Source: a virus. Taken from it: 64,000 nucleotides of DNA. A program made the position numbers and the translations under genes. The stretch is from positions 5,647 through 69,646 of IMG/VR virus record IMGVR_UViG_3300022700_000048. One strand, 5' to 3'. The notes under the pieces were generated by a model that searched no databases, was not told where the DNA came from, and saw only the letters and a list, made by a program, of their open reading frames with translations. Of this stretch, positions 9,317-20,592 are shown one piece after another. The stretch's first letter is position 1; each line of letters begins with the position of its first letter.

Positions 9317-10702
9317 ATGAATGATAAGATTAAAATTTTATTTTATAATGTTGATAGTGCTGGTGTAAATTATTTTCGTACACAAACACCAGCAATGGAA
9401 TTAGAAAGAAATCATTCTGATGAATTTCATGTTGAAATTAATCCACAAATTGATTTTAATGATCCTAATGTTTTAGATTATTTAAAATCGTTTCATATAA
9501 TACATTATCATAGACAATTTTTACCTAATAATAATAAAATGTTAGAACTTTCAAAAGAATTGAAAAAAGCTGGGACTACACTAATTGTTGATGTTGATGA
9601 TTATTGGTATTTACATCCTAAACATCCATTTTATTCTTTAAGTAAAGAAAAACAAATGCACATACCAATAATAGAAAATTTAAAAATTGCTGATTATGTA
9701 ACAACTACAACTAGTATATTTGCTGATGAGATAAAAAATGTAACAAAAAAAGATAATGTTGAAGTATTTTATAATTCAATTGATCCAACATGGATGAAAC
9801 AATTTAAAAATAATTGGAAACCTGATCCAGATGGACGTGTTAGAATAACGTATATGGCTGGCTCATCACACATGGTTGATGTTGAACAATTACGTGGTGT
9901 ATTCAATGTTTTAAGAAATGACCCTAAATTAAAAGATAAATTTAAAGTAATTATTGCAGGTTGGGATACTGAAGGTAGTACAACTGAAGTTACATTTAAT
10001 CAGGAATTCGGTGCAGAACTTCAAGAAAGAGGTTTATGGGATCAAAAAATGGTGAAGGCAATTAATAATACTCGTGGTAATGTTGATCAACTTCCAAATA
10101 TACCACAAGATTTGAGAGAAAAATATAGAGGTAAAGTATTTAATGAAAATAAAAGAGATATAAAATCTGAAGAATCTGTTTATTATTTATATGAAAAAAT
10201 ATTAACTGATAATCATAAATTAATTGAAAATGATGATTATTATGAATGGTTAATGAATTTTGAAAGAGATGTACAGTATAATGGTAATGAGGGTAATTTT
10301 AAACGGGTTTGGACACAAAAAGCTAATACATATGCTAATACTCTTAATGAGACTGATATTGTTATTGCACCACTTGCTGATAATAATTTTAATAAAATGA
10401 AATCAAATTTAAAACAAGTTGAATGTTGGTCAAGAAAATTACCAATTGTATGTTCGGATATCCCACCATATAATGTGGATGGAAAACATATGGAAAATTG
10501 TGTTTTAATACCAAATAAAAAAAATGCACACAAGTATTGGTCAAAATATTTAAAAAATTTAATATTAGACGGCGATTTAAGAAAAAAATTGGGTGAGCAA
10601 TTATATAAAGATTTTAGTGAGAAGTATCATTTAGCAAATGTTACAAAAAAACGTGCTAATTTTTATAAAAAAATTGTAAAAAAATCATTAGAAGTAAAAT
10701 AA
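9317..10702 (+). CDS. Glycosyltransferase (GT-B, GT4-like)
   Basis: GVNYFR..P, IVDVDDYW, ADYVTTTT, DIVIAPLADNNFNKMKSNLKQVE, PIVCSDIPPY. Confidence 0.85.
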   Translation: MNDKIKILFYNVDSAGVNYFRTQTPAMELERNHSDEFHVEINPQIDFNDPNVLDYLKSFHIIHYHRQFLPNNNKMLELSKELKKAGTTLIVDVDDYWYLHPKHPFYSLSKEKQMHIPIIENLKIADYVTTTTSIFADEIKNVTKKDNVEVFYNSIDPTWMKQFKNNWKPDPDGRVRITYMAGSSHMVDVEQLRGVFNVLRNDPKLKDKFKVIIAGWDTEGSTTEVTFNQEFGAELQERGLWDQKMVKAINNTRGNVDQLPNIPQDLREKYRGKVFNENKRDIKSEESVYYLYEKILTDNHKLIENDDYYEWLMNFERDVQYNGNEGNFKRVWTQKANTYANTLNETDIVIAPLADNNFNKMKSNLKQVECWSRKLPIVCSDIPPYNVDGKHMENCVLIPNKKNAHKYWSKYLKNLILDGDLRKKLGEQLYKDFSEKYHLANVTKKRANFYKKIVKKSLEVK

Positions 10703-10713
10703 ATAATTAAAAT

Positions 10714-11100
10714 ATGAATATCATAAAAAGAATAAAAAATTGGTTTTCAAAAAACAAAAGAAAAAAAACCATTTTTAATGAAATAAAAAAAAGTACAGAA
10801 ACATTAAAACCAACAAATAAAAGATTAAAAGAAGTTTCTAATAGAATTGATAGAGGTGTTGAAATTTTAAATTATCTTGAAAAGAGTGATAAAAAAAATA
10901 TCAATAAATTTAATAATGAGAAATTAGTTTGGGATTTAAGGTCTTTAATTGAAAAACACTTTTCAAATGAAAATAAAATATTAAAAGAAGAAATTAGATA
11001 TCTAAATAATCTTATAGAAACTAAAGATAATAAAATAAATAGATTATATGATGATATTAATAAATTAAATAATAAAACTAAAAAAAACATATTTAAATAA
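10714..11100 (+). CDS. Hypothetical coiled-coil protein
   Basis: 128-aa ORF, TAATG-coupled to next gene. Confidence 0.6.
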   Translation: MNIIKRIKNWFSKNKRKKTIFNEIKKSTETLKPTNKRLKEVSNRIDRGVEILNYLEKSDKKNINKFNNEKLVWDLRSLIEKHFSNENKILKEEIRYLNNLIETKDNKINRLYDDINKLNNKTKKNIFK

Positions 11101-11981
11101 TGAAAGAGTTTTTTCGTAAAGTATTTCTCTGGATAGCAATTAAAATTCATAGTATTTTTTTAATGATTAGTATTTCACTTAGAAATACAGAACTTGAAAT
11201 TTTAAAAGCAGACCCAAATAATCTTAGTGAGAATAAAAAAACTCATCAAAAATGGTTTAGAAGTACAATTTTACAAAAATTTCATGCTGGTCAACGAGAT
11301 GAAAAATATGTTCAGGATTATTATAAATTATTAAAAAAAGCTGATGAATTTACATTAAATGCAACACAACATAAAAAGGCAATTGCTGCTGACAGATGGA
11401 GTATGAATTTAGGAAAAAAAGATCAATATGGTCGTAGATATGATCATATTGGATTTTTTGATTCAAATCATAAATATTATGGAAAAACAATGAAAGAAGT
11501 AATTGAACAAGAAAAAGAAGAGAGAAGAACAAAAGATGATGAATACGAACTTTTAGGAATCATTAATAATACTCCAATACCAGTTGGTTTATCAAAAATT
11601 GATGATGTTGTTGATACAGAATATAAATTAAAAGATTTATATGAACCATCAAAAAAATTTAAATTTCCAATTAAAATTACTAGAAAGCATGATGTTGTTA
11701 ATAAAATTGAACAACTTACTGAAATGATGCATATAAAAAAAATTGGTTTTGAATATCGTCAATTAGAATTTTTTATACCTTTAAAATTTAAAACAGAAGA
11801 AATAAAAAATAAAGGTAAAATTTTTAAAGAATTAACGAATTTAAAATATGTTTATGTTAAAGATAAATATGGTGAATTAGTTGGATTTAAAATAAAAAAA
11901 TTCTTAAAAAGAATTAAACATAATAATACATATGATGTATGGAAATTCCAAGCTAAAGAAATGGAAACAATTAAATTATAA
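11100..11981 (+). CDS. Hypothetical protein with N-terminal hydrophobic segment
   Basis: 293-aa ORF. Confidence 0.65.
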   Translation: MKEFFRKVFLWIAIKIHSIFLMISISLRNTELEILKADPNNLSENKKTHQKWFRSTILQKFHAGQRDEKYVQDYYKLLKKADEFTLNATQHKKAIAADRWSMNLGKKDQYGRRYDHIGFFDSNHKYYGKTMKEVIEQEKEERRTKDDEYELLGIINNTPIPVGLSKIDDVVDTEYKLKDLYEPSKKFKFPIKITRKHDVVNKIEQLTEMMHIKKIGFEYRQLEFFIPLKFKTEEIKNKGKIFKELTNLKYVYVKDKYGELVGFKIKKFLKRIKHNNTYDVWKFQAKEMETIKL

Positions 11982-11994
11982 AAATTAAAAAGAT

Positions 11995-12438
11995 ATGGCT
12001 AAAAGTGAATTTATAAATAATCTAAAAAGAGCGGTTGAAGAAGGTGATTTTAATTCAGATGCTGCAAAAAAAATAAATGAAATCGATAAGGAAGCTAATA
12101 ATATCAAAAAAAATAAATCAAAAGATGATATTGAAAAATCGATTAATAATAGAATTAAAGATTCTAATGCTAAAACAGTTGATAAAGATAAAATTGCTGA
12201 ACTAAATTCTAAATATGAGAATGAAATGCAAAATAGAGCAAAAGAAGAAAAAATTTATGCAACTATTGCAACTTTAGATAATTTAGAATATGCTATAGAT
12301 AAGGCATTTGATGAATTAAAAAGTTTTATTATACAACAAAAAACAAAATATGATTCAAATGATGAAAGTTGTAAAGAATTGTATGAAAAAATGGATAAAT
12401 TAATAAATAAATATAATTTTAAATTTAAAGAAGAATAA
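11995..12438 (+). CDS. Hypothetical helical protein
   Basis: 147-aa ORF in operon. Confidence 0.65.
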   Translation: MAKSEFINNLKRAVEEGDFNSDAAKKINEIDKEANNIKKNKSKDDIEKSINNRIKDSNAKTVDKDKIAELNSKYENEMQNRAKEEKIYATIATLDNLEYAIDKAFDELKSFIIQQKTKYDSNDESCKELYEKMDKLINKYNFKFKEE

Positions 12439-12441
12439 TTT

Positions 12442-12891
12442 ATGGCGAATTACAGAGAATTATCACATGAAAATAAAGAATTATTTAATAATGTATTAGA
12501 TACAACATCAATACCAACATGGGTTGATTTTGGTTTATTAGCAAATGATAAACAAAAAGAAATTTCTAAAATACAAAAAGCTAATGATGTTTATGAAATA
12601 TTAACTGATGGGATAAATTTTGTTATTATAATTAATGAAGAAATTTTTGATCAATTAGATGATGAACAACAAAAATTAGTTTTTCAAGAAGAATTAACTG
12701 GAATTGTATATGACAGTGAAAAAGATAAAATAATTTACAATAAACCAGATTTTACAACATATAGTGATATATTAACTAAGTATGGTCATAGTGATATTAT
12801 TACTTTAAAAGAAACAATTAAATCATTATATGATCAAAAAAAACAAAAAGAACAAGAAGAGAAAGAAGCAAAGAAAAAAAATAATCAATAG
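12442..12891 (+). CDS. Phage metallopeptidase-like protein, HExxH degenerate
   Basis: FVIIINEEIFDQLDDEQQKLVFQEELTGI...KPDF..YSDILTKYG; EELTG sits where HELxH is expected. Confidence 0.55.
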   Translation: MANYRELSHENKELFNNVLDTTSIPTWVDFGLLANDKQKEISKIQKANDVYEILTDGINFVIIINEEIFDQLDDEQQKLVFQEELTGIVYDSEKDKIIYNKPDFTTYSDILTKYGHSDIITLKETIKSLYDQKKQKEQEEKEAKKKNNQ

Positions 12892-12908
12892 TTCATTCAT
12901 ACTAAAAG

Positions 12909-12948
12909 AATCCTCTCATTAATAATCAAACAATGAGGGGATTTTTTA
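12909..12948 (+). terminator. Probable terminator hairpin
   Basis: AATCCTCTCATT...AATGAGGGGATT stem followed by T run. Confidence 0.7.
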
Positions 12949-12954
12949 TTATTA

Positions 12955-12964
12955 AGTATTTATA
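12955..12964 (+). promoter_or_regulatory. Putative late promoter AGTATTTATA
   Basis: Motif upstream of baseplate operon at 12979. Confidence 0.75.
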
Positions 12965-12978
12965 AAAAATGTTGTTTA

Positions 12979-13359
12979 ATGAAAACTATTAATATAAAAT
13001 TTCCATTAACGGATAATACTGAAAAGAATTCATATTATAAAATGAATCGTATTACAAAAGATGCTTTCAGTTCTGATTTATTATTATTATTATTAACAGA
13101 AAAGGGTGAAAGATTTTATTATCCTAATTATGGAACTAATTTATTAAAATATATTTTTGAACCAAATGATAATATATCAGCACAAGATATTGAACAACAA
13201 ATAAAAAAGACAGTATCTTTATATATACCCAATTTAACAATAAAAAAAGTTGAATTTAACAAACCTGAAGAGTCTGATATTCAATTAAATGTTAAAATAA
13301 AATTTATGTATAGTGAAGATACTTTTAGTGAAAACGGTGAATTAGATTTAAATTTTTAA
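12979..13359 (+). CDS. Baseplate wedge protein, T4 gp25/GPW-like
   Basis: LLLTEKGERFYYPNYGTNLLKYIFEP signature. Confidence 0.9.
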   Translation: MKTINIKFPLTDNTEKNSYYKMNRITKDAFSSDLLLLLLTEKGERFYYPNYGTNLLKYIFEPNDNISAQDIEQQIKKTVSLYIPNLTIKKVEFNKPEESDIQLNVKIKFMYSEDTFSENGELDLNF

Positions 13360-13368
13360 TAAATATTT

Positions 13369-15222
13369 ATGGCAACAACAAATCCAGTTAAATACGGTAG
13401 TAGAACTTTTAGTGAAATTAAAGATGATTTAATAGCATTAATAAGACAACAATATCCTGATGTTTTGGGTGATTTTACAGATTCAAGTGTTGGATCAATG
13501 TTAATTGATCTTAATGCTGGTGTAGCAAATAATTTATCGGTTAATACCGATAGAGCATTTCAGGAAACTCAATTAGAATATGCACAACAAAGAAATTCTA
13601 TTTTAAACATTGCAAAAAACATGGGATTCAACATACCAGCAAGAAGACCATCAGTAACAGTTGTTGATTTTACTGTAACTGTTCCTGTAAATGGTGATAG
13701 ACCTGATGCATCCTATTATCCAACTCTTCTACCCGGTGCGCAAGTAATTGGCGGTGGTAAAATATTTGAAACACAAGATATTATAGATTGGAATTCACGA
13801 ATTAGTAATTTAGGTGACCCTAATCGCTCAATATTACCAAATTTAGATTCAAATGGTATTATACAAAGTTATAATGTTACTAAAAGAGAAGTTGTTGTAA
13901 ATGGTTCAACAAGTATATTTAAAAGAGCAATTACAGCAAGAGATGTGACACCATTTTTTTCAATAACATTACCAGACCCAGATGTAATAGAAATTGAAAG
14001 TGTTATATTATTAGAAGGCACTAATTATAGTTCAAATCCAAGTGTATCTGAGTTTTATAATACTGAAAATAGATATTATGAAGTTGATTATTTGGCACAA
14101 CAAAAAATATTTGTTGAAAACCCTAATAGTTCATTTAATACAAATGAAAATGAAGAAAATAATATTAAAGCAGCAAAATGGATTGATGTTACACAAAAAT
14201 TTATTAAAGAATATACACCTAATGGATTTTGTAGATTAACATTTGGTTCTGGTGATCCAATATCTGAACCATTTGAACAAGGTTTTTTAAAAGAAGGTGT
14301 AACAAATAGACAATTTTTAGATAATTTTTTAAAAAATACTTCATTAGGTAAAATGTTAAAAGCAAATAGTACCTTATTTGTTAGATATAGAACTGGTGGG
14401 GGTAGTAATAGTAATTTAGGTGCAAACACACTAACAGAAATTGGTAATATTCAATTAAATGTTGAGGGTTCAAGACAAGATTTTAATCAAGAAGTTCAAC
14501 GTAGTTTAACAGTGAATAATCCAATACCAGCTATAGGTGGAAATGATGGGTTAAGTACTGAACAAATTAGACAATTAATTAAATATAATTATTCATCTCA
14601 AAATAGAGATGTTACAATAACCGATTATTTATTTCAGGTATATAAAATGCCGGGTAGATTTGGTTCACCATTTAAAGCAAATGCATATAAAGAAAACAAT
14701 AAAATTGTTATTCCAATTTTAAGTATTGGTTCAGATGGTAAATTATCAAATCAAAGTAATAATTTATTAAAGGAAAATTTAACAGAATATTTAAGTGGAT
14801 ATAGAATGATTAATGATTTTATTGAAGTAAAAGATGGTAAAATTATTAATCTTGCTTTTGATATTGATTTATATGTTGAAAATATTTCAGATAATACAAT
14901 TGCTAATAATATTATTGATACTGTAAGAGAATTTTTTAATATTAATAATTATGAAATGAATACTGATATTCATATAACTAAATTAGAAAATCAGTTATCA
15001 CAAGTAAATGGTGTTATTAATGTTATTAACATTAAGGCATATAATAAGGTTGGCGGACAATATTCAAATAATGTTATATCTCAAGAAATATTAAATGTTA
15101 GTACTGGTGAAATTAATTTAATTAATAATACTGTATATTCAACAACAGATTCTATGTTTGAAATAAAATATCCTGAAAAAGACATTAATGTCTTTTTAAG
15201 AAAAAGAGTTGGTAGTGTGTAA
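13369..15222 (+). CDS. Baseplate wedge subunit, T4 gp6 / baseplate-J-like
   Basis: Y.SRTFSEIK..L, DFTDSSVGSMLIDL, A..MG, GG.DGLS.EQIR, QNRDVTITDY; follows gp25-like gene. Confidence 0.9.
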   Translation: MATTNPVKYGSRTFSEIKDDLIALIRQQYPDVLGDFTDSSVGSMLIDLNAGVANNLSVNTDRAFQETQLEYAQQRNSILNIAKNMGFNIPARRPSVTVVDFTVTVPVNGDRPDASYYPTLLPGAQVIGGGKIFETQDIIDWNSRISNLGDPNRSILPNLDSNGIIQSYNVTKREVVVNGSTSIFKRAITARDVTPFFSITLPDPDVIEIESVILLEGTNYSSNPSVSEFYNTENRYYEVDYLAQQKIFVENPNSSFNTNENEENNIKAAKWIDVTQKFIKEYTPNGFCRLTFGSGDPISEPFEQGFLKEGVTNRQFLDNFLKNTSLGKMLKANSTLFVRYRTGGGSNSNLGANTLTEIGNIQLNVEGSRQDFNQEVQRSLTVNNPIPAIGGNDGLSTEQIRQLIKYNYSSQNRDVTITDYLFQVYKMPGRFGSPFKANAYKENNKIVIPILSIGSDGKLSNQSNNLLKENLTEYLSGYRMINDFIEVKDGKIINLAFDIDLYVENISDNTIANNIIDTVREFFNINNYEMNTDIHITKLENQLSQVNGVINVINIKAYNKVGGQYSNNVISQEILNVSTGEINLINNTVYSTTDSMFEIKYPEKDINVFLRKRVGSV

Positions 15223-15413
15223 TGGAAGTTATAAAAAAGACAATAAAACAAGCAGTAACAACAGGTACTACAAAAAATAGTACTGGTAATACTTTTATTA
15301 TTATCCCTGATTTAAATGCAAACTATCATATGAAGGTATTATTAACTGCAAAAAAAATTGATTTAGGGTTTTTTGATGCATATGATGATAACATGAATTT
15401 TAATAATGAATAA
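15222..15413 (+). CDS. Small probable virion protein
   Basis: 63-aa ORF coupled to gp6-like gene; TGTT/TGNT motifs. Confidence 0.55.
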   Translation: MEVIKKTIKQAVTTGTTKNSTGNTFIIIPDLNANYHMKVLLTAKKIDLGFFDAYDDNMNFNNE

Positions 15414-15421
15414 TTTAAATT

Positions 15422-15877
15422 ATGGTAATAACAGGTGAATCAAAAAGTAGATTATCAGAATTAAAAAAACATGCAGTATCTAATAATTTTTTTAATAGAT
15501 ATAAATTATCAAATGGTAGTAGTAATGATGGTGTAAATAAAAATAAATCAAATCTTTCATCATCACCCCAAAAAATTGTTTATTATTTAGGTGGTATAAC
15601 ATATACAGATTTATTATATGATGATGGTAGTCTTGTAACTAAATTTGAGTTTATGGGGCAAGAATATAATTCACCTGATTTTATTAATAAACCTATAATA
15701 AAAGACCCAAATAAGGGTAATTTAATATCAAAACCAAAAATTAATGATGATGTATTTATAATTAGACAAGAATTATCAGCATTTGATAAAAATTATAAAT
15801 TAAAAGATATAAATAGTTTAATTGAATTAACCACATATGCAGGTGGGAAATTCTTTAACATAGTAAAAAATACGTAA
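15422..15877 (+). CDS. Probable virion (baseplate) protein
   Basis: 151-aa ORF in baseplate operon. Confidence 0.6.
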   Translation: MVITGESKSRLSELKKHAVSNNFFNRYKLSNGSSNDGVNKNKSNLSSSPQKIVYYLGGITYTDLLYDDGSLVTKFEFMGQEYNSPDFINKPIIKDPNKGNLISKPKINDDVFIIRQELSAFDKNYKLKDINSLIELTTYAGGKFFNIVKNT

Positions 15878-15879
15878 AA

Positions 15880-16782
15880 ATGGCAGTTGGCACATATGGT
15901 ACAGTAAAATCTTCAGACGTTGCACTTACAGATATTGATATGTTTTATACATATTCACCAGATAGAGAAACTATAAGTGATGAAGTATTTCGATTAGATG
16001 CAACACAATTATTATCATATAGTACGTTACCTGAAGATGACCAAATTGAAGGTAATGAAAATATATTAGAGGGTTTATATAATCTAACATTACCTGCAAA
16101 TATATTTAATCAAATTGGGATATATACAATTTATTTAAGACCCAAAGTTGAAGTAACAACAATAATAGATTGTAGTGTATTATCATCATTACCAACAGTT
16201 AAAGGTATTGTTTTAGAAGCTAATTCATTACCCGAAAAATTAAGAGCAAATAATGCTATGCAAGGTTATAAAATTGAATATATTGATGATAATGGTACTA
16301 AAATAAGAAATGTAACTAGATATGTAGTAACATCAAATAAAGTAGTTCCTGTTGCTCAAAATGTTGGTACAACATCACAAAGAGCAATTAGATATCGTTT
16401 TGATGATTCTGGAACATTGATATTTCTTCAACTTACACCAAGTAGTTCGTCAGATTTAAAACCTAATGTGAAACCATTTATTGGTAATGCTGGTCAAACA
16501 ATTTTAATATCCAACACTTATTTTAATCCAATTATGATTGAAGTTGATTTAGTTGAAAATACTATAGAATCGTTAACTAATTATATTGCTGGTGAACAAA
16601 TTAAAGATGTAGATAATGGTATATTAACTTATTATGATAAAGATAGAAATATTATTAAACAATTTGATTTATATGAAGTTAAAGATGACGTAACGAATGT
16701 ATCATTATATGATGTTAAAGAAGAAAGAGATAATATTGATGAATCTCAAAATTTTGATAATATAACAGAAGATATACAATAA
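15880..16782 (+). CDS. Probable virion structural protein
   Basis: 300-aa beta-rich ORF in baseplate operon. Confidence 0.65.
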   Translation: MAVGTYGTVKSSDVALTDIDMFYTYSPDRETISDEVFRLDATQLLSYSTLPEDDQIEGNENILEGLYNLTLPANIFNQIGIYTIYLRPKVEVTTIIDCSVLSSLPTVKGIVLEANSLPEKLRANNAMQGYKIEYIDDNGTKIRNVTRYVVTSNKVVPVAQNVGTTSQRAIRYRFDDSGTLIFLQLTPSSSSDLKPNVKPFIGNAGQTILISNTYFNPIMIEVDLVENTIESLTNYIAGEQIKDVDNGILTYYDKDRNIIKQFDLYEVKDDVTNVSLYDVKEERDNIDESQNFDNITEDIQ

Positions 16783-16808
16783 ATAAAAAATTTATAATTT
16801 TTTATAAA

Positions 16809-16835
16809 AAAATCCCGATAAATTATCGGGATTTT
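16809..16835 (+). terminator. Terminator hairpin
   Basis: AAAATCCCGATA-AAT-TATCGGGATTTT inverted repeat. Confidence 0.8.
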
Positions 16836-16844
16836 GTGTTTATA

Positions 16845-16854
16845 TGTATTTATA
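16845..16854 (+). promoter_or_regulatory. Putative late promoter TGTATTTATA
   Basis: Motif upstream of GTG 16871. Confidence 0.7.
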
Positions 16855-16870
16855 TTAAAATAAAAAGATT

Positions 16871-19800
16871 GTGGCAAAAGTTAAAGTAATAAACAATAAA
16901 CTTGATCAAAATTTAAATGGTGCTAATTTTGATAATACGGTATCTCAAACATTATTTAAATTTGGTAATTTTAAAGTAACATCTAATTTTGATGGTAGAA
17001 AATTAATTAATTATAAAAATGAATTAAGCACATTTGTAAGAGCAATTAATTTAGAAAATTTACCATTAACAGAAACAGAATCTAAACAAACAGTAAAAAA
17101 TACCAATAATGTTGTTTTAAATTTAGATAGATCAAATTTGAATACTTTCACTAAATTTGGATCAGCATATGAATTTATTAGAGTATCAATTGAAAACATT
17201 ATTGTAAATTATCCCGGAAGTTTATATGTTAATTCACAAATTGAAAGAGGTGGGAAACACACTTTTTATGATTTTACATATGATCCCATAAAAAATATTT
17301 CAAAATTTAAAATACCTTCAAATTCTACTGTTAATAAATTTGGGTTGGTTTTTAATCGTGGAAATGATAGTGAACCAAATAATAATAAATTAAAAAATTT
17401 AAATAAATCATTTTATGATTATGTTATTTGGTCAACAAGATATTCTAGTGATAATAGTCACACTATTATTGGGTTTACTGGTGATACTGAATCACATGAA
17501 TATCTTAGTGTAGAGTGTATTGGTAATCCATTTCCATTTTTAAGTGGTGGTAGTAATACTGCTAAATTTAGTTTTCATATAAAACCTAATACAAGAATTT
17601 TTGATGATTTTAGAATATCATTAAATGATTATGAAAGATATATTGTATCTACTAGATCAAACACTGATGCATTTCAATTTATAATGAAAGAACCTAAATT
17701 ATTGGATGATGGTACTATCAATTATACTGATAGAATTATTAAATGGAGAACAATTGACGGATATAATATTGAAATTGATACACCAAGTTATGGAAATTTT
17801 TTAGAAATTGTATTAAGTGTTGCTGATAAATACGATCAAATAAAGAGTGATTTAATTGCTAGATTTTTAACACCAACATCATTACAAACATATGATTTAA
17901 CTGATAATAAGAAAACTAGTAAATTATTAAGAATTTATGGTGCTGAGTTTGATCAAATAAAACAATTCATTGATTCATTAGTTTATATTAATCGTGTAAC
18001 ATATGATAAAAAAAGAAATATACCTGATCAAATTGTTAGTAATTTAGCAAGAACATTTGGATGGGATTATTTTCAATTAGTGAAAGAAGAAGAATTAATT
18101 GAAAGATTATTTGATTTTCAAGAAGCTGAGAGAGATTTAAATAAAGACTTAATACCTGCAGAGGTTGATATTGAATTATGGAGAAGAATATTAATTAACA
18201 CAAATTATTTTTGGAAATCAAAAGGAACTCGTGATGCAATAAAGTCAATATTTTTAATGATTGGTATTCCTGAACCATTTATTAATATTACAGAACATGT
18301 CTATACTGTCGATGGTAGAATTGATCCACGTGAAGTTCCATTATCATTAAATGATTTACCCTCAATATCGTTACCATATAATAATAATGGTTATCCAATA
18401 GCACCTAAAGAAACATCAGATTTTTATTTTCAAATTTCTGGAAATAGTGATGGTGGTCAAACATATATGAATAACTTTCGTAATGTTGGTTTTGATTTGA
18501 ATTATCAGGTTGATAATAAGAAATCGTGGATTCAAACAGAAGCAACATATAGAAAACACTATTCATCACCAGATTATTATCAATTAGATAGTCAATTAGT
18601 TCTTAATACAAAAGAAGTTGATATTGCTCTTGATATAACAAGAGGTGTTGAATATAGTGTTTATAAGTACATTAAAGAACAGGATTTTCCTGCAAATTCA
18701 ACAGCATATACAATGCCATATTCATATGTTAACTTATCTTTAGGTGTTCCACAAGGTGGTACACAAACATTTACATTACCATCTAATATGATGCCATCTG
18801 AAGGTGATATTGAAGTTCGATATAATGGTATTCTTTTAAATTCAGATAAAGTTTATTCAGGTGGAACAACAACAATTGGCAATAGTGAAAATGATTATAT
18901 TATTAGTGGTGATACACTAATATTAAATGAACCAGCAAATAAATCTAATAATAATAGAGATGTTGTTCAAGTTACATATATTTATAGTGGTCAAACATCT
19001 AATCCAATAACAGGATTAACAGCTAATTATATTGTTTCAAGAGTTGTCCCCCAATACCCATATACAAAAATTACATTACCTGAAATTCCTTCGGGTGATA
19101 TACAATTAACAATTAATGGTATTGCTGCAACAAAAGGTACACCACAATTTCAAGCTGATTATTCAATAAATCCAAATAATCCACAAGAAATAATAATACA
19201 AAATTCAACATTAATATCATATTTTTCACAAAACCCATATACACAAATAGCAATGGTTCATGTAAACCAACCAGATGCATTAGAAGCTAAAAATGAAATA
19301 ATTAGAGTTGATAGTCTTCAAAGTGGTAAAATTTATTATAAAGCATCAGCAAATAAAACTGTTCTACGTTTAAATTATAAAATTATTAATGTAAAAAATG
19401 TAAAAATATTAGTTAATGGAATTGCACTTGAACCTAATAATGATTATAAAATCAATCCAAATAATGATTATGAATTATATCTTCCTGCGGGTATTAATTT
19501 AGGTGATATAATTAGCGCATATTATCTTATTGGGGGTGATATAGTACAAACACCAGTAATTGATGATGAATTTGGTCTTGGTGATATTTCAGAAATGTCA
19601 TTTTTAGAATTTTTAGATTTAATGAAAAAAAGAACAATTAATGCAACAAATAGAAAAATAATAACAGATTTTAAGGGTGGGTGGTATCCAACATTATTAA
19701 ATATTTATACAACATATTTACATAGAGCAAATTTAAATAATGAAGATCAATTAAAATCAAATGGGTATACATTTGAAAATTTATATCCCTTTTTAAACAA

Positions 19801-20590
19801 ATATAATGCTTTCTTTCAAAAATTTGTTGATCAATTATTGTCATCAACAATAATACAGGATAAAGGTGGGTTATTAATTAGAAATACAATATTCACTAAA
19901 CAAAAATATGCATATAAAAGAGGTGTTAGCTTTGATTTTGGTGGCGGTATTTCAAAATCTTTAAATTATTTTGGTAGTGATGATGCAACATATTTAAAAA
20001 GACCACTACAACAAGTAGCTGAATGGACTGATGATGTAATTTGTACACCTGATTTATGCGATGATTTTGAGGTTAAAAATGTCCAAGTCATTTATCCAAC
20101 TGTTACTACTACAACAACAGCAGCACCATATGATTCAATATTAAATATTGTTGAACAATCATCTTCATATACTCCAATAACAAATGGTTATGAATCACAA
20201 GTAGTATATGGATTAGAATTTTCACCATCAATATTACCAGATTATACTGTTAATCTTAATTTAGATTTTGATTATATTTTAAATAATTCCAGTGGTGCAA
20301 CAGATCAATTGACAATTCTTGAAGTTCAAGTTAAAATAAATAATAATATTGTTTATAACATATCAAAATATAACAATAATATAGAAAATCAAATATCAAC
20401 TGGTACAACATTAATATCTATAGGTGCTGGAGATAATGTTACAATAATATTATATAATAGTGCACAAGAAAGTTCAAGTAATGAAATAATATCAGAAACT
20501 ATTATGACACCAAATGTGGAAGATGTGTTACCAAATGGAGAAATAGGTGTTATCATACCATCAATAATAAGAAATAAAGTAAATACATAA
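16871..20590 (+). CDS. Large baseplate wedge/tail protein (gp7 / P2-I-like core with appended beta domains)
   Basis: LARTFGW...ELWRRILINTNYFWKSKGTRDAIKSIF core; repeated V.YNG/INGI..DY beta modules; poly-Thr linker near the C-terminus. Confidence 0.75.
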   Translation: MAKVKVINNKLDQNLNGANFDNTVSQTLFKFGNFKVTSNFDGRKLINYKNELSTFVRAINLENLPLTETESKQTVKNTNNVVLNLDRSNLNTFTKFGSAYEFIRVSIENIIVNYPGSLYVNSQIERGGKHTFYDFTYDPIKNISKFKIPSNSTVNKFGLVFNRGNDSEPNNNKLKNLNKSFYDYVIWSTRYSSDNSHTIIGFTGDTESHEYLSVECIGNPFPFLSGGSNTAKFSFHIKPNTRIFDDFRISLNDYERYIVSTRSNTDAFQFIMKEPKLLDDGTINYTDRIIKWRTIDGYNIEIDTPSYGNFLEIVLSVADKYDQIKSDLIARFLTPTSLQTYDLTDNKKTSKLLRIYGAEFDQIKQFIDSLVYINRVTYDKKRNIPDQIVSNLARTFGWDYFQLVKEEELIERLFDFQEAERDLNKDLIPAEVDIELWRRILINTNYFWKSKGTRDAIKSIFLMIGIPEPFINITEHVYTVDGRIDPREVPLSLNDLPSISLPYNNNGYPIAPKETSDFYFQISGNSDGGQTYMNNFRNVGFDLNYQVDNKKSWIQTEATYRKHYSSPDYYQLDSQLVLNTKEVDIALDITRGVEYSVYKYIKEQDFPANSTAYTMPYSYVNLSLGVPQGGTQTFTLPSNMMPSEGDIEVRYNGILLNSDKVYSGGTTTIGNSENDYIISGDTLILNEPANKSNNNRDVVQVTYIYSGQTSNPITGLTANYIVSRVVPQYPYTKITLPEIPSGDIQLTINGIAATKGTPQFQADYSINPNNPQEIIIQNSTLISYFSQNPYTQIAMVHVNQPDALEAKNEIIRVDSLQSGKIYYKASANKTVLRLNYKIINVKNVKILVNGIALEPNNDYKINPNNDYELYLPAGINLGDIISAYYLIGGDIVQTPVIDDEFGLGDISEMSFLEFLDLMKKRTINATNRKIITDFKGGWYPTLLNIYTTYLHRANLNNEDQLKSNGYTFENLYPFLNKYNAFFQKFVDQLLSSTIIQDKGGLLIRNTIFTKQKYAYKRGVSFDFGGGISKSLNYFGSDDATYLKRPLQQVAEWTDDVICTPDLCDDFEVKNVQVIYPTVTTTTTAAPYDSILNIVEQSSSYTPITNGYESQVVYGLEFSPSILPDYTVNLNLDFDYILNNSSGATDQLTILEVQVKINNNIVYNISKYNNNIENQISTGTTLISIGAGDNVTIILYNSAQESSSNEIISETIMTPNVEDVLPNGEIGVIIPSIIRNKVNT

Positions 20591-20592
20591 TA

